This document shows positions 1-13,180 of a stretch of 64,000 nucleotides of DNA, in pieces. The DNA is from Fistulifera solaris (taxonomy: Eukaryota), in the NCBI GenBank assembly GCA_030295235.1, contig AP026153.1, forward strand, positions 310,001 to 374,000, read 5' to 3'. A model generated the notes under the pieces. That model made no database searches. It was not told the DNA's origin and saw nothing but the letters and a program-made list of their open reading frames with translations. The position numbers and the translations under genes are program-made. Numbering within the stretch: position 1 is the first letter of the stretch; the number at the start of each line of letters is the position of its first letter.

Positions 1-557
1 CTAGACTAGACTTACAGAAGGTCAAGAAGTTGCAGTCTGGCTCGAAACAAGAGGGATTCCTGACTGAACTGCAGTCGTGGGGAACGTCGTCTACACTTTG
101 ACAGTATAGTTAATTTTAAGATAACGATAGTTTATTCCCAAAGATTTAGTTTACGACGAAAATACGCACAGCTATTTTAGTCAAGATGCTGATGATTATG
201 ATTGTTTTTTAAAAAATATAGCGGATTTTTCAAGAGCTTGCAATTTTCGGGATTTCGTGCTAGGACTGGATTTTTTTTTAGTCGTCGGAGACATTCCTAC
301 ATTTTTTAGGATACTACTAATTAAGTTCCAAAGTGTCAACGCGCGCCACAGAACACACACAGAACGCGGCGTTTTGCTGCAAGCACGGTTTCAAACCATT
401 TTTATTTATTTTACAGCAAAGCAGCGGCATAAAAAGAAGGTGAACGCTTTAGAGCTGTATTTTGATCCTAATAAAGCAACGAACATTCGACACAGACCTG
501 ATTTCAACAAGGAATAGTTACAGACCGCTTCTTTTAAGTTCTGGGGAAGCTGTGACG

Positions 558-3500
558 ATGGCAGAAAACGAATCGTCATCTTGTTGTCAAAACCGTACTC
601 GTCCTTGTTCGTCATCGTCCTCCGGGAAGTCCTCTTACCATGACCCCTCAACAACAACGGAGACGAAACAGTCCATACTGGCGGTGGTGCAAGAGAATGG
701 GACGGATGTTGTCGTCTTTGATGCGTCCGGAAAGCCTCGAACCTTTCACGGCACGCAATCGTTGTGCTTTCAGACGCACGGAAATAATACGGCGGGCTAT
801 TTATTGACGCCGTGTTTTGATGAAAATGGCAATCACGGTGATCCCGAAGAAGATTGCTTTTGCGGAATTGATACGCCACATTTACACGCTCATGCGTACG
901 ATCCTCACGGATGTCACGATGATGCGAATTACGCGGGAGACAAAATGTCACTGCTGGCTTCGCACATTCTTCATCCCGTTACCGAAGAGAATAAAAGTTT
1001 GATCCAGATTGGTGTCTCCGAATTTATGCCGAACGAATGCAACGCTCGTGTGTGGCAAGACAAGAAAGGATATCATCCAGGCCGTCGCGTACACGAGGTG
1101 CAACACGACGATCACGTCGATTATTTAGTTTACAATCAAACGACCGGACAATTGCATTTGGAGCATCCGTGCGACGACTGTGGACAAAATGACATTCACG
1201 GCGCTTTTCGTAATATCGGTGAACGTCGCTTGAAGTTCGCGGCGGGGAATCATGCCATGCACTTTTTTCAAGTTTCGTCGAAACCCTTCACACTCCTCGA
1301 TTACATCCATTCAGCTTTTGATATCCACTCGGATCGTGTCGCGGCCGCGACGCTGGATCACGGCACTATTGAGCGTTTCCCGTCCTCCCGACCAGTGCAC
1401 GAGATTGTTTCCTCGACCCTTTCTTGTGGAGGTATTTGTTGTGCTTCTGAATCTCCGATCATTGAGAAGCGACTGTCGGTAATACCTGGTGTAGAAAAGG
1501 TGATGATCAATGTACCTCTCAAACAAGTGATTGTGAAGCACAATCTGCACTTGGTTACCGCCAAAGAGCTCGAGCGGGCTTTGAATGAAGAAAACATGAA
1601 GGCCACGATAATGCGAGACGGAGGCGCCAGCAAGCCATCCTCTCGCTCTCAGTTTTTCGTGCGGCACATTTGTTGTGCCAGCGAAATACCGGCCATTCGG
1701 AAAATAGTAGAGCCCATACCAGGAGTGACTGCGGTTGCGATCAATACGACGACGAAGGCTGTTTATGTGGATCATGAAACAACAATTGTGTCAGCGCAAG
1801 AGATTTGTGACGCTTTGAATCGAGAAAAGTTTGGTGCCGAAATCCGGTACGACGCAGCGACCAGCACTGCAGCTTCTTTAACGAGTTTTGTTCAATCCAC
1901 TTTATCGCTGGACGATCCCGCCGATCGTCCCAACTCAGACACGCTCAAAAGAGAGCTACTTGGCGAATTTGATAACTCACAAATCGAATCGATCCTTGTG
2001 GATGTTACAAATCGAAAGATAACTGTAGTGCACAACCCCTTTCTGGTCAGTGCTGAGACCATCGCTGCGTTTCTGAGAGACAAGGCCAATTTGCATGTAT
2101 CTGTATCCGTAGATGGTTCGGATCCGTCCCGGTGGTCTCTTCCCGTAGTCGAAGTGAACGACTCTGAAGTAGTGCCGATGGGTGAAGAAGTGCCGAAATA
2201 TCCCAGAGCATCGGTGGTCATGAGTGGTGTATTTTGGATCATATCCATGTTACATTACATCGGCGATAACTGGTGAGTCCATTCCGTTACTTGTAGTTTT
2301 TGTTTGCTATGCAAGTGGCATATGTCGTTGTCTAACATTGTCTACGTTTTGCATCATGTAGGGAATACTTGAAATACGTTGGGCTGTTGTCGGTTGCTTC
2401 TGGTCTGCCCCCTATAGCCATGAAAGCTATGCGAACAATGCGTCGATTCCAATTTGACGCTAATTGTCTTATGTTGTTTGCGTCCATTGGAGCGGTTGCA
2501 CTTCAGGATTATCCAGAGGCTGCTGCTGTCGTCTTTCTATTCTCGTTGTCAGAATGGCTGGAATTTCGCGCAACATCAAGAGCCCGTCGCGCTCTCTCTG
2601 CTATTGTCAACCTGTGTCCAGAGAAAGCAAACCTAATCCACCCAAAATCTCAGGAAATGATTTGCGTATCAGCGACCTCTGTTCCAGTCGGTGCTTTGGT
2701 TGTTGTTCGAACTGGGGATAGAATCCCGTGCGATGGAGTGGTCACTTCGGGTCAGTCGACTGTAGATGAGTCTTCTCTGACGGGGGAATCAAGACCGATT
2801 CGAAAAGGTCCAGGGGACAGCGTGTCGGGTGGCACATTGAATTCCGGATTATCGCAGTTGACAGTTCGAACAACGGCAAGTGCCGAAAATTCTGCCGTGG
2901 CCCGGCTTATTCGCTTAGTCGAGGAAGCGCAAGCAAATCGATCTGAAACAGAAAAAATTGTGGATGAGTTTGCGCGATGGTACACGCCACTAATTTTGAC
3001 TGCTGCCATTCTCATGTGTAGTATTCCTTGGATGTTCGGAGCAGATACTGGGAAAGAATGGACTGCGAATGGTCTCATTCTGATTGTAGTTGCTTGTCCA
3101 TGTGCCCTTGTGATTTCAACGCCCGTCGCATACGTTGCTGGTTTAGCTGCAACAGCGCAAAGAGGCATTCTCATAAAAGGCGGCGCGATCCTTGAAGCGC
3201 TTGCATGTGTCGAAAATATCTGTTTCGACAAAACAGGAACTCTTACAAATGGAGAGTTTGCGTTGCTTCATCTTCAGCTAGTTTCCAGCGAGCTATCTCG
3301 CATTGAAGTTTTGGGGTATTTGAGTGCGATGGAAGAGCGAGCATCACATCCGGTTGCCCAGGCGATTGTAAATGCCGCAAGGAATGAGAAAGCTTTTGCG
3401 CGAGCCAACTATAAGGTTGAGAAGCACATGCTTGTGGCTGGGGCCGGTGTAGAAGGAATTATTAACGGCAAGCATGTACGTATCGGTAATGATCGTCTTT

Positions 3501-4426
3501 TCCAGGGCCTTGACGTGCTACACAGTTTGAGCCCACAGATTTGCGCAGAGGTGGAATCATGGAAAGCGTTAGGCGGCACGATTGGTTTTATGAGCATTGA
3601 AGGTTATGGTATTGTGTGTGCCTTCTGTGCAGCAGATGCGGTTCGCTCTGAATCTGCTGATGTTATTTGGAAGCTAGCAAAGGCAGGTATTAACATAACT
3701 ATGCTGACCGGAGATAACCAAGACACAGCGCTTGCGATCGGACGCCAAGTTGGGCTCTCGCCGACACAGGTGAAGTCGAAGCTGCTCCCGGAAGAAAAGC
3801 TTCAATTTATTGAAGGGTTGAGCGACCAGAAAATAGCAAAGTCTATATTTCTGAATATGTTAGGAAAGAGAAATGTGACTGTCATGTGTGGCGACGGTAA
3901 GCATTTGTTGCAGCGAAGTCCACTATGACTAATCACATTCTCAAACCTTGTTTTTTGCCGTCTGTAATTAGGTGTGAACGACGCCCCTAGCCTTGCGATG
4001 GCCAATGTAGGAGTTGCAATGGGGCACGGAGCTGCACTTGCAATGGAAACCGCTGATGTCACTCTTCTCGACTCAAATCTAGAAAAGCTTTCTTTCTGCA
4101 TCGAAATGGGCAAGAAGGTGACCAGGAAAATTAAAGAAAATGTCTTTTTTAGTATTGTCGTGAAGCTCATCGTTCTTGCTTTTGCAATTGCGGGGCTTAC
4201 GCACCTTTGGGTTGCTATCGCCAGCGACGTTGGATCAATGATTTTGGTGACGTTGAATGCAATGACAATCTTACCAAAGCGGCAGAAAGACTTGCCTTCT
4301 GGAGACACATGCGACGTAGAAGATGGGTGTTTATCCTCTAAAGTCGCGTTCTGTGAAACTAAGAAATTAGCAACTTCGTGTTCATCTGGCTGCTGTAAAG
4401 TGGGAAAAAATACAAGCTACACCTAG
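558..4426 (+). CDS. P1B-type heavy-metal (Zn/Cd-like) transporting ATPase, 3 exons (558-2272, 2362-3896, 3972-4426)
   Basis: Motifs TGES, CPCALVIS, DKTGTLT and SHP, plus GDGVNDAP reconstituted across the GT-AG intron 3897-3971. Intron 2273-2361 joins in frame (W-E-Y-L-K-Y). Two HMA domains with (G/H)ICCASE resemble plant HMA2/HMA4. N-terminus is His/Cys-rich and the C-terminal tail is Cys-rich. Confidence 0.95.
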
Positions 4427-4526
4427 GGAACTTTGCTAAGAAAGAATACTTCACATAAAGACACAATATGGGTGGAATTTTTGGTTAAGCAATGATTCGA
4501 ACGGTGTTATGGGTAAACAGTTCATG

Positions 4527-5964
4527 CTAAAGCGAGCACAACCCATACTCTTTCTCAAATGTATTGGACTCGGCGCCGAGCGAAGACTGGCCTGTCTCAA
4601 ATGGCGGATAGTTTGTCATGAAGTCATACTCACGGTCAGCGTCATCATACAATGATAGCGACGCCAAGGATCTTGGAAAGGACATAACGATTTGAGGCGG
4701 GCTTGGTTTCTGCTTCACTACTTTTTGTGGAGCTGCTTCTTCTGGTTCTTTCTTGACATTTTCGTTGCGAAGTCGTCGACAGGTGAAAACACCAAATGAA
4801 AACATAGCAGCGGCGATTAGAATCAAAACCACAGAGAGGAAAATGGACAGAGCCGAGACGTCGTTTGACTCCGCGTTACTAGTTTGTGAGCTCACTGGCT
4901 CACCATTCAGCTCAATGTCAACGCGATCAGATCCAAGGTACTCTTGTAGATGATCGGTTCCCCAAAGCGAGAAGTACGTCCGTAGATGAGCTGTGATATC
5001 ATCATAAGTTGGGTGGTCTTCGCGTTCGTAGAATACTTTGCCCGAAAGAAGCACAACTAATGGCGATAAGTATTCCACATCGACGAACAAATCAGCAGTG
5101 ACAAAGGACATTGAGTTAGGACCCGTCGCCAGGACTTCCAAGAAAAAAGCTTGTAGCTTGTCTTTGAACAGGGCTTTGTCGACTTCTATCTCCACCAACG
5201 AGAGCGCAACATGAATTTGAATTTTGGGGATTGGAGCTTCGAAATACGAGCTTGGAGCCTGGTTATGTTTGTTGTCGCCATAGCGTTGCTGATCTTCGCT
5301 CGAAGGTGTCTGCGTACTGAATTGGTTATCACGATCCTCTTTCGAAGTTTGCGCCGTCGGTGCTTGAGTGGGCCGCCTTTTATGACTTTGAGAGTTCGGT
5401 GCGTCAGAGGTCGGCTGCGTGGTTGTAGCGGTCACCGTCGTTTGCTCGGAGTTACCCAGCGAGGGTGTCATCGCCGGAAAGTTCGGTAGCATCAATGGGG
5501 ATAGTGATTTAATTGTAGCCGTATCTGCTGAGGGAACGAGTTGCGGAACGTTGATGATTGACGGTGAAAGTGTTTGTGGTCCATGCGGAGGAAAACTTAA
5601 CACGGCCGACAGGGGGGGAGTAAGACGGATATTTCCCAGCAAGTGCATCCGAGAAAGTCGCCGTTGGACTCAAGCTTGGCAAACGACTTGGTGATGTGAC
5701 GGGTTGTGACGAAGGACTTGGGGTCATCGCAAATCTTGTTGGTGGAGAACTTGAAGCCGATGGTCCTGGGGAGATCCATGGCTCTTTTGGGATATTTGAG
5801 AAGTAAATGGGGGCACTGGCTGGATTCAGAGCAGTGAACGTGTTCAAGGTGCGCAATGAACTCGAGTTTTCATAAGGAAATGTGCTTTCGAAGTGCAGCG
5901 CGTCTGCACCTGTGGTAGCTACTGCCGAGATGAATGTAGTAATTGCAAGTCTCAAGCTTGACAT
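4527..5964 (-). CDS. Putative type I membrane protein (signal peptide, Pro/Ser/Thr-rich stalk, globular segment, one TM, cytoplasmic tail); apparent frameshift near 5612-5618
   Basis: ATG at 5964 starts MSSLRLAITTFISAVATTGADA. ORFs 5509-6036 and 4527-5648 join at a G homopolymer. Hydrophobic segment LSIFLSVVLILIAAAMFSFGVF is followed by RRLR. Confidence 0.6.
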
Positions 5965-6579
5965 CTTGTCGAGGTAGTCGAAATCAATTTGTAAGCTCAT
6001 CAAGTCCAGGACCACTAAAAAGTAATTACCCAGCAAAGTTGCTGCACCAAGGGGCGAAGTCGTCCGATCTGAATTTTTTATAAATTACATTATTTGATAC
6101 TTCGTATTTCACTGTTGCTATCTCAATAAATAATATGCCAAGCTGTTTCCGGTTTAAGCTGGTCAGAGCGAAAAAGGCCAAAACGTTTAACTCATAAGTA
6201 TTTTACCGTCACTCGAAAACGGCTATCTATTTTGTCGTCGACGAACTTTCGTTCACCGTATAACATAACAGCCTAGATGCCAAAGTATCTGTTTTTTGTT
6301 TCAAATTACCTTATGCTATTGCTTTAGGAGCCCATCTCGTTGAATGAGACAATCAGTATTTGTAGCATCAGTAGGCGGCTGTTCGAACAAGTTCCGAAAT
6401 CATCTAAGAAAGTAACCGTGAAATCGACATCGTTTGTCCAGCGAGAGAAGACATATTTGGTAAGCACGTTAACGGATCCGCTCGCTTTCTTGCCATGGTG
6501 CATGATTACCTTCTTGATGCCAACAAGAAGTGCCAATTCATGCCAAGTTTGAGCAAGGCTGCATGCATCAAATGCCGTG

Positions 6580-7659
6580 CTAGTTTCGAGCTTTCTTATG
6601 AGAAGGACTTCCTGGTTCGCCTTCTGTGTCCATTGCAGAATCCTCAAAGACGCCTGGCTTGGCCCAGAACGAAACTTTCCGGTCCGACGTCATACCTCCT
6701 GAACATAGGAAGGGCAACTTGTCGTGTGCATCAACCGCTAGGATGACCCCTTCATTTTCGTGTTCCAGTACCTGCTGCACTTCGGCAGTCTGCAAGTCAT
6801 AAACGACTACCTTTCCCGTTTCTGACCCCACCACCACAGACTTTCCGTCACTGGTAAAGGCTGCGACAGTCGAATAACGGGAGTGAACATGAGCGCCGGC
6901 GTGGGTTGTTCCTTGATGCGTCGCATACGATTGAACGCACTGGTTGCTAGCTGTTCGCGAGATGGGCCACAATCGCAATACAGAATCTAAAGTCCCGGCT
7001 AGCAAATACTTTCCGTTGGGGGCGTATCGTAATGTAGAAACAGGCGGATTTCCTGCTGCGTAGATCGTCTTCAAGCATTCTCCCGTAGCGACATCCCAGA
7101 TGCGAATCAAGCCGTCGTGACTCGCACTCGCGACAGTCGTTCCGTCTCGACCGAACGAAACAGCCGTCACGGGGTCACTGTGTGCCGGCAACGTGCACAC
7201 ACATTCTCCGCTGCGAACGTCCCACAATTTCACCGTTTCATCGAACGAGCCGCTCACCAGCATATTATTGGTCTGGTCGACGCAAAACACAAACGACGAA
7301 TGTCCCCGAAATTCTACCAGAGCTTCCGCAGTAACAGCATCCCACAAACGAACCGTCCGATCGTCGGAAGCGGTCGCCAAGAAGGGAGCCGCTCGGTTCC
7401 AGGAGACTTGATTGATACCCCGCGCATGACCCGTACACGTTCCCAGAGGCTTTAGTTGAGAAGATGAGAGCGAAATATCCCATATCTTCGCGGTTCCGTC
7501 GGCACTAGCACTAGCGCACATGACATTATTCGGCTTGATAAAGTTGGAGGGAGCAAATTGCAGAGTCGAAACGGCACGCTTGTGTTCGCCGTGAAAGGGA
7601 AGAAGATAAAATTCATCTTTCGAGCCCAGAGGACGCTTCTTGTTAGCTGGAGATGTCAT
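6580..7659 (-). CDS. WD40-repeat protein, WDR5/SWD3-like (COMPASS subunit)
   Basis: Several WD repeats: ATASDDRTVRLWD, VSGSFDETVKLWDVRSGECVCTLPAHSDPVTAV, SASHDGLIRIWD, YAPNGKYLLAGTLD. These closely match WDR5. Confidence 0.85.
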   Translation of the reverse strand: MTSPANKKRPLGSKDEFYLLPFHGEHKRAVSTLQFAPSNFIKPNNVMCASASADGTAKIWDISLSSSQLKPLGTCTGHARGINQVSWNRAAPFLATASDDRTVRLWDAVTAEALVEFRGHSSFVFCVDQTNNMLVSGSFDETVKLWDVRSGECVCTLPAHSDPVTAVSFGRDGTTVASASHDGLIRIWDVATGECLKTIYAAGNPPVSTLRYAPNGKYLLAGTLDSVLRLWPISRTASNQCVQSYATHQGTTHAGAHVHSRYSTVAAFTSDGKSVVVGSETGKVVVYDLQTAEVQQVLEHENEGVILAVDAHDKLPFLCSGGMTSDRKVSFWAKPGVFEDSAMDTEGEPGSPSHKKARN

Positions 7660-8858
7660 CTTTGAGATATTATGCTTGTTGTTTCACAAAGAAGGTAAAT
7701 ACATGCAATGAAGACGACTTCTTGACTTTCATTTTGCATCGCAATAATCGCAGATCGCAGATGATCGCAGCAGTGTCTGTTTAGCCGGAGCAGGAACAGA
7801 CGACGGAAGGGGAAATTGTGCGTACCGATAAGACTCAATGTAGGTTTTCACCTAGTCCAGCAAATTTTTGAATATTTATTGCCTCAAAGGACTTAGTAAT
7901 AACACGTAGTTGACCGTCTACTGTTTTTGTTAGTGTGATCACTTCCGTTTGTACGTTGGAAGATCAAACGGAGAACAAAGGTGCGCGGTTCCGCTGTGCG
8001 CGCTCCTGAGTCAGAAAAAGTACCTCGAGAAACAACATTGCCCCCAATGTAGATAGAAACGTAAGTAGGCGAAATAGACACTTAAAGAAGAAGTAGGATC
8101 CTTTAATAAGTGTCTATCTCAACTGTCTAAGCATGAAACGTGGTATCGTGGTATCTGTCAGCGGTACACAACTTCGTCCAATCGCAACTTTGTTTTTGTC
8201 TCGTTTCTGTCGTCGAAGCGGAAAGTGCGCAAAATCTTTTCCCGTTACACTCTTTTAGAAAGTACTATGGATGGATCCAAAATATCCAGTGTTCGAAAAT
8301 GTCATCCACACGTGCACATCTACGTAAACTTTGTACTAAAGTACAAGATCGATTTTTTTCTCGACTTTTGTCTTCAAACGACAAAAGCTCTTTCACTTTG
8401 CACCGCGAGCGTGGGAGATTTAGCCACTCCAACCGAAAGACCAAGGGTCGACAAAATACGTCGTGCGCTCCGTCGAATGCATCCTTGTTGTTTGCATTTA
8501 TTTATCATCACTTGTGTGGCTGGATCCGAGTGTTTTGCGATCGTTTGACATTCGAGTTACTCAATAAACTTCCTTGCAACATCATTTAAGGTGTCGAAGC
8601 AAGGAATTTATTGCGCAACAGTGACCTGGATATTTTTTGCACCGGGCTCATTCATCCTGGGCGCTTCTTATCTTTTGCTTGCTGGCTCTTTCGTCTGTCG
8701 GTGAACAAAGATATCACTTTGTTTCTCCAGATAGGGCGTTAACGTGTATTTCGTTAAGGGGGATCAAGTAACAGTCGCCGGGGGAGTTCGTACTCAAAGT
8801 CGCATAAAAATCAACAAAGTGCGCACCCTATCATTTCGTGCGTTGAGACCCTCGGGCT

Positions 8859-11800
8859 ATGAAACCAGAGGAAACAGTCATATCCTCAATCATGCAGGTT
8901 CCCGATGATGACCGAATGGAGAGACAGCTTCGACATTTAAACTTAGATGCTGCCGAATTCACCTTCTCGGGTTCTTTGGAGAAAAACTCGCATCTGACAC
9001 CTTCCTGGAGTCAAGCCACAACTAGTAATCTCGAAGGCTGGGACTTTAACTCGTCGACGGCTTTTCGCGATAAGCAACAGGCGGAAGAACGATATCAATA
9101 TTCCCCTCCCACGCAACATCAGCAATGGAGTGATACCGGGTCGCACAACAGCGGAGGAAGTGGAATTTGGGGCGATGATCACTCTCGAGGATCCCAGACT
9201 TCCGGTACAATTCCTTCTTACAACCCGACGTTGACTGATTACTTGTCGAGATCAGATGCCCCACTCAAACCTATCGGCAATCAGGATCATTCATTGATCT
9301 CGGACGATTTCCGTGCGATCGGAGCACCTCCGTACGGAAACTTTTTGAAGGAAACCCAGCAGGAAGACAATTCGTCTAGCTATTTTGACAGCAATGCATT
9401 CTCGAGTGCAGATTACTTCGGATCCATGTCGTCACAATCAATTGGCAGTATTCCGGGCTTAGTTCCAAGTTCAAGCTCGATCACCAGCGCAGGCTCGGGG
9501 TGGAAGTCGCAAACCAGTTCCTTGCTTCCGAAGAAACAGTCCTCGCTCGCGGCTGCCATCGCCGCTGCCAGCAGCAGTAACGCAATGGGACCACCTCCTG
9601 GCTTTCACTCGGAAAATTACGATGAGGATGAGCCCTCCGAACGATCCATAGGGTCTAGGGATAGATATGACAGCAACAATCGTCGCCGCGGCAAGAATAC
9701 AAAGGGGCCCCGTGCGAACGTCGGCAACAGTCGGCGACAGAATCCGATGCGAAAGAGCGAAGGCGAGTCTCCTAGTTTTCTTCCAGCTACCTCATTGTCT
9801 GATCCAGGTTCGATGATGAGCTCTCAGGCGATTCAGCAGTTGTTGCGACCAGAAAACAAGCCGTCAAAAGTGTCTGGTCGTCCCAGTACGATCTCGGAAG
9901 ATTATTCCGAAAGCAACTACAGTCTGACCGGTCATTACTTCGATCACAACATTCAAAAGCAGTCCATTTTACCGCAACCTGTGCTGGAAGATGTCAGCTC
10001 GTTCTTTGGCGGGCGGAATCAGTATTATGGGATTGAGCAGGCAGAAGATGGTGAGGACGATGTTGAGTTCATTTTCGGCGCACGGTCAGAAGACGATGAA
10101 GACACGGACTCGTTTGACGATGGCTATCTAGATCAGCAAGGGGATGACTCGTCCCCGCGAGCCAAGAAGCGCGAATGGTTGTTGCGCATGAACAAAAAGC
10201 TAGCCGAGACACCCGTTGGTGAATTAGACCCAGCTGTCATACCGCTGACAGCTTGCATGAATTCGTGGGCTAAGACCAAAAGTGCGAATGGAGCTTCGAT
10301 GGCAGAAATGTGGCTTAAACGCGCAGAAGAGGAGAAGGCGGCGGGCAATACCGCCGTTGTACCAACGACGAAGATGTATACGATGGCCGGTAAGTGTATT
10401 CACGCAGCATGTTAAGGGTAAAAGATTAAATCTAACTGCCCTTTTCCTTGCAGTTGATGCTTGGGCTCGCAGTGGACAGGGTGCTGTCGCCGCACAAAAC
10501 GCCGAAGCTCTTCTCCAGCGCATGTATAATGAATATCAAAGTTCAGGAAAACCAGAGGCATTGCGCCCCACTAATGCTATATTCAACGCTGTGATTAATG
10601 CGTGGGCTCGCTCTCAAGAACCAACAGCTCCTCACCGCGCAGAACAGATTTTAAACTGGATGCAGCAGCTCGGAGAGCTTGATGTTCAGCCAGATAAATA
10701 CACTTTCAATACAGGTAAGTTTGGAAATGCGTAAATGTTAGTTTAGCGATGAAGGGGTATCTGATGTGTTGCCGTTACAGTGATCCACGCTTACGCGAAA
10801 GTTGGAGGTGCCGACGCCGCCATCAAGGCCCAAGATTTATTGGCGCGCATGCATAAAATGTACGAAGAAGGAAACCTCCTCGCTAAGCCCGACACTATAT
10901 CTTATAACGTCGTCATCAACTCGCTTGCGAAGAGTGGCGGAAAAGGTGCATGCAATGAAGCTGAGAAACTTCTTTCAAAGATGCATTACTTGTACGAACG
11001 CGGTGACAGGGATGTCAAACCCAACGTCGTGACATACGGCGCTGTAATTGACAGTTTTGCCAAGAGTGGCGAACCTGACGCAGCCACCAGAGCGGATTCC
11101 TTGTTAGCCACCATGATTCAGCTACACCAATCGGACCCGGTTCGACATGCCGATTTGCTCCCTAATACATATGTATTCAACACAGGTACGTTTTAGTCAT
11201 GCTCGACTAGCTCCGGTCCCTTTTACGCTGACAGACGCCTTTTTTATAGTTATCAACAGCTGGGCCAAAAACAAGGACAGAGATGCTGCTTCCAAAGCCG
11301 AAGAAATGCTTGTCGCGATGAGCAGACTACATGCATCTGGTATGCCTAGTTTGAAACCTGACAATTTTACATACACAGCTGTAATTGACGCTTGGAGCAA
11401 GAGTGGTTGCCGTGGAGCTGCCGCAAGGGCAGATCAGTTGCTGGATAAGATGGAGGCGAAGTATCTAGCTGGTGACAAAAGCTTAAAGCCCAACAGCTAC
11501 ACATATAACGCGGTTATTTGTGCGCTTGCCAAGTCTGGCGAGCCCGGTGCAGCCGCCCGTGCGGAAAGAGTACTTCAGAATATGGTCAACCGACACAAGG
11601 TAGGCGGCGATGATGATGTAAAACCAACCACAATCAACTTCAACACAGTATTGGATGCATATGCAAAATCTGGAGGCGGGAGAAGCGCGGCTGAGCGGGC
11701 CGAAGAGATTCTCGAGTGGATGGATAGTCTCCACAAGAATGGTAATCCAGATGTGAAGGTTGATACCATTTCCTTCAATGCTGTTCTTGATGCATGGGCC

Positions 11801-12727
11801 AGAAGTGGTGATCAAATGGCACCAAGGCGAGCTGAGCAGATCTTGGACCATATGGATGATCTTTATCGATCAGGAAACAAAGGAGTTAAGCCCGACAGGT
11901 ACACTTACAATACTCTCATCAATGTATGGTAAGTGAACGACACTATCAACAATATGTCGAGCATTATGTATAACCCATTTGCACTTTGCACAGGGCCAAA
12001 TCGGGTGAACGCGGTTCTGCAGCACGCGCCGAACATGTTCTTGCTGTTATGGAAAAGCGTTGTCGTGACGGAGACCAGGATTTCAAACCGAATACACGAA
12101 CATACACAAGCGTAATCGATTCATGGGCGAAGTCAGGAGAAAAAGGAGCTGCTCGTCGTGCTGAACAGATTCTGAACAACATGATTAGTCGGTATGAAGC
12201 AGCCGGTGATCCAGATGTCAAGCCAAATGTTCATACTACGAATGCTGTCTGCAATGTAAGTATCTATCTCGGTCCGCCTACATTTCCTTCATCAGTATTC
12301 GCTAACAAAATATTAGGCCTGTGCATTTTCCAAGCACCCCGACGACAGGGAAGAGGCACTACAGATAGCTTTTCGTGTGTACAACTGGCTGAAAATGCAA
12401 CCGGACATGTGTCCCGACTCTTACACATACACAATCCTCCTTTCAGTTTGCGCCAACTTGCTTCCTCGAGAAAACTCTGTAGCCCGCTATAATCAAGCTA
12501 GCGCCTTTTTTGAGAGTTGCCGAAATGCTGGCTACGTGAACGATTACGTACTTCGAAAACTCCGACAGACTGTGTCGGACGACGAGTTCCTGATGCTTGT
12601 GGAGTATCGTACCGAAGCCTCGGCGTCGAGCCTTCCGCATTCTTGGACTCGGAATGCAAAGCTTGAATCTCACGGACGAAGTCGGAAAGCTAGCGGAAAT
12701 TGGTCGAGCCGGCGCAAGGGCAAATAG
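8859..12727 (+). CDS. Pentatricopeptide-repeat (PPR) protein with long Ser-rich N-terminal extension, 6 exons
   Basis: Repeated units of the form KPxxxTYNxVIxAWAKSG...AAxRAExLLxxM. GT-AG introns 10390-10453, 10715-10780, 11186-11249, 11929-11993 and 12256-12316 all splice in frame. Confidence 0.9.
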
Positions 12728-13180
12728 AGCTCACGGCAGCGACAAAAAGTTTTACATATCATCCCATCCAAATTATTCATACAATCCGGATTTTATATTT
12801 ATCCATAAAAAATCAGTGTATCAGCAAAGGTCGATGTTTTACCCGAAAGCAGAAGACCAGAGCTGGTTGAGTTAATTTCAAGACTAAAGAATAGTAATTC
12901 CAGTTCATATTATCTGAAGAAAGCTTCGATATCTGGTTAACCATTCCGATATAAGATAGGCGACAGAGAATTTCGAATCAGCAAATAACATGGTGCGCGC
13001 TACGGTAATGAGAAGCCATTGAACACGACGATCACCTGCCGAAAAATTATGGATCTATTTTATGAAAGCTACCTATTGATTTTCAGAGAGGAAATGGCAC
13101 GACGAACTATTCACGGTAGCTGATTACGTTCGCTCAGTCTACGGGTCTCTTGACTGCATCTTCTCATCAAGTAGCGTACT

